Assembly (NCBI GenBank): GCA_937907165.1
Contig: CALCUH010000034.1
Coordinates: forward strand, 10,840 to 74,839
DNA from: an uncultured Bacteroidales bacterium
GTDB taxonomy: Bacteria > Bacteroidota > Bacteroidia > Bacteroidales > Paludibacteraceae
Direction of reading: 5' to 3'
Length of the DNA stretch: 64,000 nucleotides
In this document: one piece after another, positions 31,701-39,233 of the stretch
Layout: each line of letters begins with the position of its first letter
How positions within the stretch are numbered: the first letter of the stretch is position 1
Program-made: the position numbers and the translations under genes
The notes under the pieces: generated by a model
What the model was told of the DNA's origin: nothing
The model's input: only the letters and a program-made list of their open reading frames with translations
Database searches by the model: none

Positions 31701-34000
31701 TAGGTCACAGTTCCTTCACCCGCAGGCAAAGCTACCACCTTACTCATTTTAGCGACCTCAGACCTCTTCCCCTCAAAAGTCTTGGTTATCTTAGAGCCTG
31801 ATTTAGGCGTAAAATTCACCACGATAGATTGTTGAGGATCCGTTTCGCAACCTGCCGTGAAATCAGGGAACGGGAATTCCACATTCCTCGTTTTCTCTGT
31901 TTCACCCAATGTATAAGAGAAGTCGTTCAAGGAGTTGCAATCGATGGTCGGCTTCACAATCTTACCAAGGTTCCAACTCTGTTCAGCGGTAGTCGGACAT
32001 CCCACGTTGTTAATCTGTACGGAAACGGATACAGTATGCTTTTTATAGGAACCGTCACAAGAACCCAAAGCCGGGAAATCCACCGTAGCGGCATCCGTTT
32101 TACCTTTCGCTCCGTCTTTCCATGTATAGACATAATTGCTGACATATTGGGATGAGAAACCACTCTTCACATCTGCCACAGCCACCACTTTCTGGTTTCT
32201 GTCGGTTGGACAGAGTTCTATTTCAGATTGTTTCAAAGGATCAGTTCCCTCTTTCACGATTTGGATTCGTGGTGTACGATAAACCTCAAAAGTGGAGGAA
32301 ATCACACTACCAGTCTTCACCTCATATTTTGTCACGCCATCATCCGCCGTACGCACCTGTACTGGCTGCACATTCATCGTATACTTACCCTCTTCCGCAT
32401 CCGAATTCAAAACGAGGAATACGGAACCACCACGAGTGTCTTGGAGCAACTCTCCACCCGAGAAAGATAATTTGTCACTACCGAATACCTCACCTCTTGG
32501 TGTTGTGAACGACCAAGTGTACTTGACGTTCTCGTTGGCATCCAACGGGAAGACGGAGAACATTCCCTCCTCCCTTGTATTCGGCACACACAATTTCTTT
32601 GGACCTTGGATATCGGTCGGTTGGATTGGCTCACAATCTTTACCCGTTACGGTGAAAGGTATATTAATGTTATAATTTTGTCCGCCATGAGAGCCGCTTG
32701 CCCTTACCCTATATTCCCTCTTTCCAAGAAAATCGACAGGAATCTGCACGCTTTGCCTTCCATCCAATTGATGATCAAATCCGTTGACCGGAGCATTCAC
32801 CCATGCGCCCGAAGCGTTTTTCATCTCCCAAATATAATTAGCGCCTTTCGGGAAACCTTTGGCGTTGATTATCGCGTTGTCACCGATACAGACCGCACCT
32901 TTGTCCATGCAGACACCCTCCACCTCGGCGGAGATATAGTCGATTGCCACCTTCATACAAGAGTTGTCCCATTGTTGGAATTGCGGATACAAATCATATC
33001 GTCCCTGGGTTCCCAAGAACTGTCCGTAGAAAGTGATATCCATTCGGAAATATTTCACAGAACTATATTCCTCAAACACAGAGGAGCCACCTTGGATTCT
33101 AGACAAACGAACATTATCCAAGTGGCCTTGCCGTCCTGTCGAAATAGTAGTCAAATAGGTATTATTAGCGTCATTATAGACATCAATATCAATAGAGTTA
33201 TAAGAGTCGTTACCGAAGTCGGTACGGATATTCATCATCGCATCATGCATTCCAGTTCTGTTTCCGCACTCCGACAAATCCACATAGAGACGCATCACGA
33301 AACGATAGTATTTGTTTTTGAAATACTGGTTAGGAAAACCTAATTTGAAAGGAACATCACAATGTTGAGGTTGGAAAACGTAATAATAATTATAATATGG
33401 ATCATAATCAGGATCACGATCCAAATGAGGATAGGTGGAACCTCCCGCATAGCGCCAATTCTGGACAACCGATCCATTGTTACAATTTCGCCAGAAAGTA
33501 ATATTATTATCTTGGAAGTAAGACTCCAGTCCTCCCGGAGGCGTAGACCCCCAGTTGATGGAACTAGGGTTTCCGTTTGTCGGGTTGAAGTCCGTTCCCA
33601 AATAGTAATCGCCCGTAGAGGTGATATGGCAAACCTCCTCGCAATCATGGCTTACATCAACAGAAACCGAATTACTTTTTTTGGACGTGTTCTTTTGGTC
33701 GACCATATAATACTGGACAGGCTTATCACCCATGTCGAGCACACATTTAATCAATCCCGTCGTCGGATCCGCCACTGCGGTCACGTTCGCCTTGGTGTAG
33801 GCGCCACCATTGACCGACATATACAAATCAGCGGCTCCACTATCGAAACCACTACCCGTGAGGACAATAGGCTCCCCCACGCATGCGGAACCTCTAGTAG
33901 AACCGTCTACATTTAACGTCTGGGCGCCCACCATTGGGGAACACAAACAAGCGGCGAACACTACTGCTATCCGTCTATAGAAACTAGAGAACGATTTCAT
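22460..34000 (-). CDS. giant (~3846 aa) secreted HYR-repeat surface protein with a type-B T9SS C-terminal sorting domain
   Basis: Uninterrupted ORF. Signal peptide MKSFSSFYRRIAVVFAACLCSPMVGAQ at the ATG at 34000. About 25 modules have the HYR-like signature (C...P.A.D.C...G...W.F.D.SGN...C.Q.V.V.D...P). The C-terminus is TAFTPYEKDGFNDIF...IFDRYGQKVFEGENGWDGTHKG...GVYFYTV. Confidence 0.9.
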   Translation of the reverse strand: MKSFSSFYRRIAVVFAACLCSPMVGAQTLNVDGSTRGSACVGEPIVLTGSGFDSGAADLYMSVNGGAYTKANVTAVADPTTGLIKCVLDMGDKPVQYYMVDQKNTSKKSNSVSVDVSHDCEEVCHITSTGDYYLGTDFNPTNGNPSSINWGSTPPGGLESYFQDNNITFWRNCNNGSVVQNWRYAGGSTYPHLDRDPDYDPYYNYYYVFQPQHCDVPFKLGFPNQYFKNKYYRFVMRLYVDLSECGNRTGMHDAMMNIRTDFGNDSYNSIDIDVYNDANNTYLTTISTGRQGHLDNVRLSRIQGGSSVFEEYSSVKYFRMDITFYGQFLGTQGRYDLYPQFQQWDNSCMKVAIDYISAEVEGVCMDKGAVCIGDNAIINAKGFPKGANYIWEMKNASGAWVNAPVNGFDHQLDGRQSVQIPVDFLGKREYRVRASGSHGGQNYNINIPFTVTGKDCEPIQPTDIQGPKKLCVPNTREEGMFSVFPLDANENVKYTWSFTTPRGEVFGSDKLSFSGGELLQDTRGGSVFLVLNSDAEEGKYTMNVQPVQVRTADDGVTKYEVKTGSVISSTFEVYRTPRIQIVKEGTDPLKQSEIELCPTDRNQKVVAVADVKSGFSSQYVSNYVYTWKDGAKGKTDAATVDFPALGSCDGSYKKHTVSVSVQINNVGCPTTAEQSWNLGKIVKPTIDCNSLNDFSYTLGETEKTRNVEFPFPDFTAGCETDPQQSIVVNFTPKSGSKITKTFEGKRSEVAKMSKVVALPAGEGTVTYTVTDGCGNYATCTKVVVVKDVTPPSVPCDEIPKYTTKLSLQEGCDATPDFHHTSLPTLKAPVLEDANGVDGSVTGVYRGRLYNPGYVPNAASMFDDKVALNDHYLVGLTYILWQFTDASGNASFCIQTVEVIDDRKPNVVCPEEAIGEVANKQGFCGLSLNGLVAQMKELPTAKDTCTVGPNLERFVFYRDVMDDEFEAVPNNRFDDIIFLVDHSYEIRWRFYKLNDPTSDIFEDCIQNFTVRDMEAPYFDCSLLQSIRVTANSYKPKNKGFEYLTYATKDDVEEKHGPETYLYTGTLKEAFESGKLRMISPNEVKDNCDDNVIVEMTLEGPDDKGKTVKMDITKASDLEKHRFGIGLTTINYTFIDMSGNESQCSQTVIVTAGTTPVPDCPAKVDTVLYADNNCSANFVLRNSLTPTAMIPVNQEGAWFNFRYCVIGGLHFDKECTLAAQYFPDRLMELNGMHTIKVGPNQQELTLDYLCDQLTNDWDKFSKSKENKWKEWSSNGNDETILDVSNSLTTVKEYLGYPYEVELLDSTGTSVKLVKNPYTAEDVASSKVITARWFGSGGTESFECPDISYTCTTLPVKVKNNFEDVVMNVTLTRGVYTLVYRFQNEKDGLQQDSCVLYVNVVDTIAPTLDCGDWNNSGTFYANDQCVVPVEEIPWFKKPTLDDLNVKDNCYSDPSDFTITWNRHWNYDITADIALTDPLLLGTTIMTWYVTDASGNVSQCEQVITVLDTTGPAFDCSLLSDIVVETETNCEASANTVKKAGLAIPYAADDACSPTGGSIPGEGVRSDGKDLFNDAYPRGTTIITWTFKDAAGNPTVCTQKVIVEDRTAPVYADCGRMPEVVIELPADMCAATKEMAKVALGFHIAIDDCDGDIPGVPHVMLPGDTVFVDLYESFRKDTSYHIVWTFTDLSGNELQCDQMLTIRDTTAPDPSAVCPPPTKHVAARVVCSVNYEDLQLPTTESMKVTDPCDGDLYPTVVAKIYAPDGSFSVYYNDELLSVEYPVGTHTFHWIYTDKAGNMDTCTMNLTVDDSIPPVLEDCGVDPDIHLTVDGDICAIAPANVKALIREPKAYDECDDYLAETGLTWMDPVVERYFIDSTLQVSGTDTLGYTYDSTKVADGVSRKWDVDPFPKGLTLLRWIFTDRSGNSVMCEKTVTVHDFTPPYFDCDDIDPDTLRPEAYKGDCEVEFGNLKRDVLDKLAYKAWDACAGDSIPGVLTLNGDIELPEEYTMSVGITYKLIWMFEDEDHNKTTCPQYILPSHLNDIDFDCNTIKDTVAYAEAGTCGITADSLRLHVPVAIDSCAVLSGFGGTFEAVGFRSDSLTLKSDYPTGHTHIDWMFVSPWNLHDTLWCDQDVFIRGNKHFDMDCDVLTPTRRDTLDDCGPTDPLVFVIDTPKVADPCIVDENSPEYWRVGVGTRSDNNKLDAPFSLGVTSIQWVFTDFTESISDTCNQDVVVKTSLEMIFDCDALNKDTIAVDVVVGECTVDASKVKEKIKTPFALHPCPEESGVDTIWGVPSRRFGMSMDSSFYVGLSEIVWTFIDTSATILHDTVTCSQWVRVGDVNEMPVKCENYPDAVYRLSPNDCEISWKEMEIQIPGVVDLCSHNIIDPVVTRSSGKNLTAKTTLSGTDTIVVIEADPFTVGVDTVRWSYSFQGQLFVCDQIITVKDSMAPIYDCDNLSDLVVPSIPGKCYVNASAVFDSLPNPWPQAEDVCNKQKIDGRVYLEDGRELSRLSSFTVPVGNHVLTWIFIDETINEIADTCSQKLLVIGDQAPIFDCSSLQGDTILIEGCDTTLGERDIPTPYALDACTGDSIEGVGFRMDYGPLYGKYPVGTTQIRWIFVSPFSTLADTCIQNLTILTKQELDLHCSDVNGDTVHVDVEEGECFTPVDLKTPFALHPCPEQSKVDTIWGVPYRSDSRAFRDSFRTGITVVTWVFTDKSGTMYKNVDTCYTVVSVGDVNKMPVDCNNMPDTTIILPPTDCEISWKEINFSVPEVRDLCSDSLITPTLTRWSGKTMDENFTVGPDTVYWNYNFFGQIVTCHQGFLVLDSVAPDFDCSVLKDTLLVAKDGECEVSSEEFVAFLGDHVAIDSCTGKEVHGRAFVCDVISPFDDTISSNVTDCVPVETVIAKVGETLKIHWIFQDTLLNAVAKECDQTVTVKGTAEPIFDCSSLTDTILYLALDQCELPKGSVDLNVPVAKDSCTGLDVKGVGVRRDSLALTDFYPRGVTVVDWTFTSPYSINSKSCPQNVVVKDTFPPQFPCDTLQDTIKVRITMTSISETEVSYDEVEAGGLYIPSIQDACDGLLEAVGTRSDGLDLKSNFSLGNPVVITWTFSDSSKNVHKCEQVVLVEDWLIEDLVCPEDLNGKVFACVEDVPAPYADYEAFKAAGGSFTNETKLLPNTFSYEDRYEGDSCVMTFTRTYHVEDFRHNDITCDQVLYVKDTIAPVIQSDLIKDITVSCTDTIAPAATLTATDNCDPSPKVTIRETNDRGNDPSACEYFNYDIVREYEATDRCGNKSVFKQVISVRDTTSPQFNVPEGWRDTVLAKNYKECIFGVPDMVMDIRSLVSDDCSDNDIRILQVPSAGTRINKTTRVWFYAYDKCDNVDSLSRVVQVQHPETIVELTAKNIDTCVYEGTRFSLSNSEVRFASGIVLFPRIDGSFRRIPSVFSFDYYKGDSVDVKNLIFSDNSYTYRSLFSSLAEKYGSHEAALEAVTRMTKNSQSGSYTFVAMDTTTGCSDTATAYVNIAEMPRVRIDNSTMHECEGNMIDLDAKVRCEAEMGAPITKRYWTLNGEPFDFADSTNGVLMKEYNNASLVYVAKNRCGESLSSNSLFMFCDDKLSGDKLEDSIKFFGSVEKYELYKNDQYYVHDSIVLDVHQRYAPDSILVETEPSNPTRIWKGETALLTLKTQYPYITSTWYKVVGSFDREFYDYKTAEYEYDFYSDTTRVTLEDEKDEVLFIGTSSLSYIEDSPIDTSYYYVTIDDGVCPSSASSLIRVDVITKLPTAFTPYEKDGFNDIFMERHPVVIFDRYGQKVFEGENGWDGTHKGHMADPGVYFYTVVMIDGSVMNGTIEIVKIDH

Positions 34001-34196
34001 ACGAAAACGCTTTATTTTATTAATAATCATTATTTTATCCATTCTAAACTCATAACGTGTTTTTCCCGTATATAGCAAAAACATCTAAACTCAACACATC
34101 CAGTAAAAACCTAACTGAACCCTATTGTCTCAAAAAAAGCTTTCCGTTAAGGGTCTCCCACACCAACGAAAAAGCTAATCGAGAATACTCAAACGA

Positions 34197-34227
34197 CAAA
34201 ATTAACTATTTACAAGCAAAACACAAA
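34197..34227 (-). promoter_or_regulatory. candidate promoter of giant gene 1 (-7 TAATTTTG, -33 TTTG, 19-nt spacer)
   Basis: Minus-strand reading gives TTTG-19 nt-TAATTTTG. This would give a 5' UTR of about 190 nt. A weaker alternative (T7G...TAGGTTTT) lies at 34106-34134. Confidence 0.35.
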
Positions 34228-34242
34228 TTTTTATTTCAAATA

Positions 34243-34275
34243 AATATTCATTGATGTTTTTAAAACAACAATGAA
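34243..34275 (-). terminator. AT-rich near-perfect palindrome just downstream of the SGNH-like gene
   Basis: ATTCATTGTTGTTTT/AAAACATCAATGAAT with one mismatch. Confidence 0.4.
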
Positions 34276-34292
34276 TAATTTTTAAATCAATC

Positions 34293-34970
34293 CTAGTTCA
34301 TATAATCCTTTATCCAAGATTTCAAAACCATATTGCCCAAATCAGACAATTCAAAGCCATCGGTACTGAACTTGTCGTTCAGAATTCCGTCCTCTGTCGA
34401 AAAAGTACGGGCGACGTCAGCAAAAGTATAATTATACCGCATGGAGATCATTTTCACGAAGATGTTGAGTTTGGAAACACGTTCAGCCACATCGGCTGTA
34501 TTTTTCCTATCATTTCTATCCATAGAAAATGGAGGAACTGAAAAGATAACTATTTCACAATAAGGGAAATGTTCCTGTAGATTTTTCACCAGTTCTTCAT
34601 ACTCTTCCGCAATGTCTCCGACAATTTCTCCCCTCATCAACTCCTCCTCACCATACATCAGGAAGATACGGGAAGGACGGGAGACACCAAAAAGTTTGTC
34701 TATACGACTGATATCAGCTCGTATCGTATTTCCGTCGAATGCCAACACCTTGATTTTATCGTTCTCTAACATTGACGACCAATCGCAAGCGGCAAATCGT
34801 CTTTCACCCATAAAGACGACATCGTCATCCTCCACGTGGACGGACAAAATATTTACATTATCCTCCGCGACTGACGCATGGTCTTTCCCTCTAAACAATA
34901 AGACGAGAACCAAACAAACCACCACGGAGGTTGCCACAGATAGAGTGATAAAAAAACTTTTCTTTTTCAT
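34293..34970 (-). CDS. membrane-anchored SGNH/GDSL-fold protein lacking the canonical catalytic residues
   Basis: 225 aa with an N-terminal TM segment. The blocks align to SGNH hydrolases, but GDS is GER, GxND is GEEE and DGxH is DGFE. There is a 4-nt overlap with the upstream glucosaminidase gene. Confidence 0.7.
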   Translation of the reverse strand: MKKKSFFITLSVATSVVVCLVLVLLFRGKDHASVAEDNVNILSVHVEDDDVVFMGERRFAACDWSSMLENDKIKVLAFDGNTIRADISRIDKLFGVSRPSRIFLMYGEEELMRGEIVGDIAEEYEELVKNLQEHFPYCEIVIFSVPPFSMDRNDRKNTADVAERVSKLNIFVKMISMRYNYTFADVARTFSTEDGILNDKFSTDGFELSDLGNMVLKSWIKDYMN

Positions 34971-35575
34971 TTGAAAAACCTCCCACGATACTTGGAGAAC
35001 GCCTCTTTGTCAGTTCCCGCAGTTTGGTTCTCCCCTCTCATCACATAACGCTCCGGATGTCTATCGAACTCATACAACTTGTTTTGTTGGATCACATCAA
35101 TAAGCAGCTGCGGATACTCGGGATTAGTAGCGTAGCCCGCCTGCTTCAGGCCAATGGCCCATGAACGATAATCCGTTGTTGAGAAATTGAACAAGAAAAA
35201 ATAACGGCTGCGTCCCGACAAGAAAAGCGAGTGGTCGCGGTACGAAGCCTCCGCATGCTCATAGACACGGAAGCAATCGTCCTTCTTATCGTCGTCTTTC
35301 AGGAAACGTTCACCCTGATAGTCACTCGTGCATTTTATACCGAAATGATTGTTGGCCTGCTGCGCAAGATCACTCTTTCCACTCCCCGATTCAAGAATTC
35401 CCTGCGCCAAAGTGATACTGGCAGGAATTCCGAATTCATACATCTCCCTTATAGCAATCTTAAAATAGGTGTCGATATACTCCGTCGTCTGCTCAGAGAC
35501 ATACGAAACTTGTTTCTGAGAGAACACAACGGACGAGAGAAGGATGCACGTCAGGATGGCAAACGAGCGACGCAT
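34967..35575 (-). CDS. GH73-type N-acetylglucosaminidase domain protein (secreted)
   Basis: Signal MRRSFAILTCILLSSVVFSQ. LAQGILESGSGKSDLAQQANNHFGIK and GYATNPEYP are typical of mannosyl-glycoprotein endo-beta-N-acetylglucosaminidase/FlgJ-like domains. Confidence 0.8.
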   Translation of the reverse strand: MRRSFAILTCILLSSVVFSQKQVSYVSEQTTEYIDTYFKIAIREMYEFGIPASITLAQGILESGSGKSDLAQQANNHFGIKCTSDYQGERFLKDDDKKDDCFRVYEHAEASYRDHSLFLSGRSRYFFLFNFSTTDYRSWAIGLKQAGYATNPEYPQLLIDVIQQNKLYEFDRHPERYVMRGENQTAGTDKEAFSKYRGRFFK

Positions 35576-35585
35576 TTCCCTTATA

Positions 35586-36569
35586 CTAGCAAGAGAGCGT
35601 TTTAAGCACATCCATCAGATGATAATCGAAAGGCTTATCATCCTTAATAGCTTTCGTGAACGGCACATAAACGATTTTGTCATCATCCACGCCCACCATC
35701 ACATTACGCTGTTCCTCCATAAGGGCATCGATTGCAGCAGCTCCTAAACGGCTAGCCAAAATACGATCATGAGCGGAAGGCGAACCTCCGCGCTGGAGAT
35801 GACCCAAAATCGTAATGCGGGCATCATATTCAGGATGGTTTTTCTTCAAGCGACTCGCGATGCCGACAGCGCCACCCGTCAACTCACTCTCCGCCACGAT
35901 TACGATACTACTATTTTTAGATTTTCTGAATCCCCTTTGAATCAAAGCCTCCAACTGATCCTCTCCCGTCACGATTTCAGGAATGATAGCCGCTTCGGCA
36001 CCAGAAGCCAATGCGGAATTGATGGCAAGGAACCCAGCGTCGCGCCCCATCACCTCAATAAAAAAGAGACGTTCGTGCGAATTAGCCGTATCCCTAATTT
36101 TGTCCACCGCATCGACAATCGTATTCAACGCAGTGTCATAACCTATCGTATAATCCGTCCCGCACAAATCATTATCAATGGTACAAGGCACTCCGATAAC
36201 AGGAACGTTAAACTCTTGGGCGAACACACGCGCACCCGTGAAAGTTCCATCTCCACCGAGGACGACCAATGCGTCAATCTCCTCCTGTTGCATCGTCTCG
36301 AAAGCCTTCTTTCTGCCCTCTTCCGTCATAAACTCCTTACAACGAGCCGTGCGAAGGATGGTTCCTCCTTGCTGGATAATATTACTTACACTTTGAGTCT
36401 GAAACTCATGGATTTCATCTAGAATTAGACCACGATAACCACGATAAATACCTTTTACCTTAATACCGCGGAAAATCGCGGCACGCGTCACGGCGCGAAT
36501 GGCGGCGTTCATACCCGGCGCATCACCACCTGACGTTAAGATTCCAATACAATTAATTTGATACTTCAT
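35586..36569 (-). CDS. pfkA: ATP-dependent 6-phosphofructokinase
   Basis: [35 protein letters not shown]. The start was set at MKYQINCIG. Confidence 0.95.
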   Translation of the reverse strand: MKYQINCIGILTSGGDAPGMNAAIRAVTRAAIFRGIKVKGIYRGYRGLILDEIHEFQTQSVSNIIQQGGTILRTARCKEFMTEEGRKKAFETMQQEEIDALVVLGGDGTFTGARVFAQEFNVPVIGVPCTIDNDLCGTDYTIGYDTALNTIVDAVDKIRDTANSHERLFFIEVMGRDAGFLAINSALASGAEAAIIPEIVTGEDQLEALIQRGFRKSKNSSIVIVAESELTGGAVGIASRLKKNHPEYDARITILGHLQRGGSPSAHDRILASRLGAAAIDALMEEQRNVMVGVDDDKIVYVPFTKAIKDDKPFDYHLMDVLKTLSC

Positions 36570-36591
36570 ATTATTGCTCCTTGTATTTACT

Positions 36592-37464
36592 TCATCCATA
36601 ATACTCAGCGTATTGCTCAATTTTGCTTTTCAACGCCTCCATCAGCCATTTCGGCGTGGAAGTGGCGCCACATATACCAACTGATTTCACATGACGGAAA
36701 ATAGTATAGTCCACATCCTCCAAATCGGAAACCATATATATGTTCGGATTCACCTTTCTGCACTCATCGAAAAGCACCTTCCCGTTTGAGCTCTTCTTAC
36801 CGCTCACGAAAAGGACCAGTTCGTGTTTCGAGACAAAATTAACTATTTTCGGAATCCGATTAGCAACTTGTCGACAAATTGTATCATTAAATTCAAAGCT
36901 GCGATCCTCCCGGACCTTTGCTCTAATGGCTTGCACCATTTTATTGAATCCGTCAATAGACTTAGTGGTTTGGGAAAACATCTTTATGTTTTTGGAGAAA
37001 TCGATTTTGTCGATATCCGGCAAACCCTCCACCACGACGGCGGTGCCATCTGTCTGACCGACCAAGCCGTTTACTTCAGCATGACCGTTCTTCCCGTAAA
37101 TGACGATTTGGGTCTCATCACTTTTAGACTCTTCGTAAGCCTGCTTGATTTTTTTCTGAAGATTTAAGACGACAGGGCAAGTGGCATCAATGATTTCCAG
37201 ATTATTTTCCTTCGCATATTGATAAGTGGAAGGCGGTTCACCATGGGCACGAAAAAGAACCTTTTGGTCACGAAGACCAAGATACGTCTCTCTGTCGATA
37301 GAAATCAGTCCCTTGTTAGAGAGCCTTTCCACCTCCATGCTATTGTGGACAATATCACCCAAACAATAGAGCCGAGGCGTACGGGTAAGTTCCTCCTCCG
37401 CCTTTTTGATGGCAGTCACGACACCAAAGCAGAAACCCGAATTATCATCTATCTCTATTATCAT
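36592..37464 (-). CDS. ispH: 4-hydroxy-3-methylbut-2-enyl diphosphate reductase
   Basis: GFCFGV, IVHN, ATCPVV motifs. The ATG overlaps the cmk stop (ATGA). Confidence 0.9.
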   Translation of the reverse strand: MIIEIDDNSGFCFGVVTAIKKAEEELTRTPRLYCLGDIVHNSMEVERLSNKGLISIDRETYLGLRDQKVLFRAHGEPPSTYQYAKENNLEIIDATCPVVLNLQKKIKQAYEESKSDETQIVIYGKNGHAEVNGLVGQTDGTAVVVEGLPDIDKIDFSKNIKMFSQTTKSIDGFNKMVQAIRAKVREDRSFEFNDTICRQVANRIPKIVNFVSKHELVLFVSGKKSSNGKVLFDECRKVNPNIYMVSDLEDVDYTIFRHVKSVGICGATSTPKWLMEALKSKIEQYAEYYG

Positions 37465-38147
37465 TTCGTTCTCTCCCGAAAGATATTCAACAACCACTCA
37501 CGTTGCTCCTCGATGGTCATGTTTCCATTATCCAATTCCACAGCATCTTCCGCTTTCCTCAAAGGGCTTTCCTTTCTAGTTTGATCCAAGAAGTCACGTT
37601 GTTTAACATTCTCCAGAATCGCCTCGTAAGGTTCTTCCATTCCCTTTTGTTTCAACTCGTCGAATCTACGTTGGGCACGAATCTCAGGAGAAGCGGTCAA
37701 AAATATCTTCAATTCAGCGTCAGGGAAAACGACGGTACCGATATCACGACCATCCATCACTATTCCTCTATCCTTGCTATAAGATTGTTGAATTGCGACC
37801 ATAGCGCGGCGAACGAATCCGATGGAACTTACGATGCTAACTTGATTAGACACAGCCAATGTTCGGATTTCTTTCTCCACATTTTCGCCATTCAAAAAAG
37901 TCTCGTTCTTTTTCTCAGCCTCATTAAATCTGAAATCGATATGGATATCGTCAATTAAAGACTTCAGCGTCACCTCATCAACAACTCCATCCTTTATCAA
38001 TCCATTACGTTGGCAATATAATGTGACGGCGCGGTACATCGCCCCGCTGTCCACATACGCATAACCTACACTCTTAGCCAAATCCTTCGCCATCGTGCTT
38101 TTTCCGCAAGATGAGAAGCCATCAATCGCAACAATTATTCTTTTCAT
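37461..38147 (-). CDS. cmk: (d)CMP kinase
   Basis: IAIDGFSSCGKSTMAK P-loop and MDGRDIGTVVFPDA. Confidence 0.9.
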   Translation of the reverse strand: MKRIIVAIDGFSSCGKSTMAKDLAKSVGYAYVDSGAMYRAVTLYCQRNGLIKDGVVDEVTLKSLIDDIHIDFRFNEAEKKNETFLNGENVEKEIRTLAVSNQVSIVSSIGFVRRAMVAIQQSYSKDRGIVMDGRDIGTVVFPDAELKIFLTASPEIRAQRRFDELKQKGMEEPYEAILENVKQRDFLDQTRKESPLRKAEDAVELDNGNMTIEEQREWLLNIFRERTK

Positions 38148-39202
38148 TTCTTTTTGAATCTATCAAGATCTGTCGTTAATGACAATGTTATCGTATTTGC
38201 AGAAAGCGCATATTGAGAGAAGGAGAAATCCAAATTGAATGCATACACCCTCAGACCCGCACCAATGGAAAAGCCATTGAAACCTCGAGCTCCGGACAAC
38301 TCAAACTCACGTTTCCGTCTATGATTATAAGCCGCCTCAACATAAAAATTTTTCCCGAAGAGGGCTTCCACCCCAAGAACCAAATGGCGGAAAAACATAT
38401 CTCCGGCCTTTATCTTATCGTTCTCCGGTTCCTCACCCACCAAATTTTTCGCCTCTTTTTGACGATAATAGTCGAGATTCCAATCATTCAAACGATCATA
38501 AGTGACAGAGAAACGGAACGGAGCATGCAGCAACCCTTTCGTCAAGCCTAACTGAAAATTAAAAGGCATCTCATCACGTTTATCTGATTCGTAATACTTC
38601 TTACATTGGACACCAAAATTTCTTGCGGAAACGCCCACCGAAAAATCCTTCTCGCGATTATAATAATTAAAACCGACATCAAAAGCCAAGGCGAAACTGC
38701 TATAATCCTCAATATGGGAATAGACCGGTTTCATAGCGACACCCAGTTTCATACCATAACCTAAATTTTTCGCATATCGCAGTCCCACACACAAATCTCC
38801 GGCGCCAAACTCCTCTGTGGGATTGCCGAACTGATCATAGCCCTGGAAATCGCCATAACCCAAATATACGAATCCCACTCCGAAATAATTGGAACTGTCA
38901 GGTGTATATGCGTAAGAAAGGGAACCTGCTTTCGCATCGTCCAAATAGCTAGTGAAATTCGCTGAAAGTTTATTATGCACATCATTCGACAACAAAGCAG
39001 GATTCACCGCAGACACATTCACGTCCGACGCCTGTAAGGACACATTCTCACCTCCAAGTCCGGAGACACGTGCGTCAAAAGGCAAATTCAAAAAGCGATA
39101 CGCCCCCACACCAGAACCCGCATTCGCACCCAATACGCAAAATATTGCAGGCAAGCACAATGCCAAGCGTCTCAAATTCAATAACATGTTTACTCTTATC
39201 AT
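38144..39202 (-). CDS. porQ: type IX secretion system outer-membrane protein PorQ-like
   Basis: 352-aa signal-peptide beta-barrel-like protein. YRFLNLPFDARVSGLGGENVS...NPALL...ANFTSYLDDAKAGSLSYAY matches my recollection of the PorQ family N-terminus. The porQ-cmk-ispH order also recalls Porphyromonas. Both points are from memory. Confidence 0.6.
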   Translation of the reverse strand: MIRVNMLLNLRRLALCLPAIFCVLGANAGSGVGAYRFLNLPFDARVSGLGGENVSLQASDVNVSAVNPALLSNDVHNKLSANFTSYLDDAKAGSLSYAYTPDSSNYFGVGFVYLGYGDFQGYDQFGNPTEEFGAGDLCVGLRYAKNLGYGMKLGVAMKPVYSHIEDYSSFALAFDVGFNYYNREKDFSVGVSARNFGVQCKKYYESDKRDEMPFNFQLGLTKGLLHAPFRFSVTYDRLNDWNLDYYRQKEAKNLVGEEPENDKIKAGDMFFRHLVLGVEALFGKNFYVEAAYNHRRKREFELSGARGFNGFSIGAGLRVYAFNLDFSFSQYALSANTITLSLTTDLDRFKKK

Positions 39203-39233
39203 ATTCTTAATTCAGCCTCAAATATAGTGATAT

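Noticed and set aside
34001-34084. Upstream ATG at 34084 (ORF-track start) for giant gene 1.
   Set aside because: The extra 28 residues (MFLLYTGKTRYEFRMDKIMIINKIKRFR) precede a textbook signal peptide beginning at the ATG at 34000. A secreted T9SS cargo needs an N-terminal signal, so 34000 is preferred. This is not proven.
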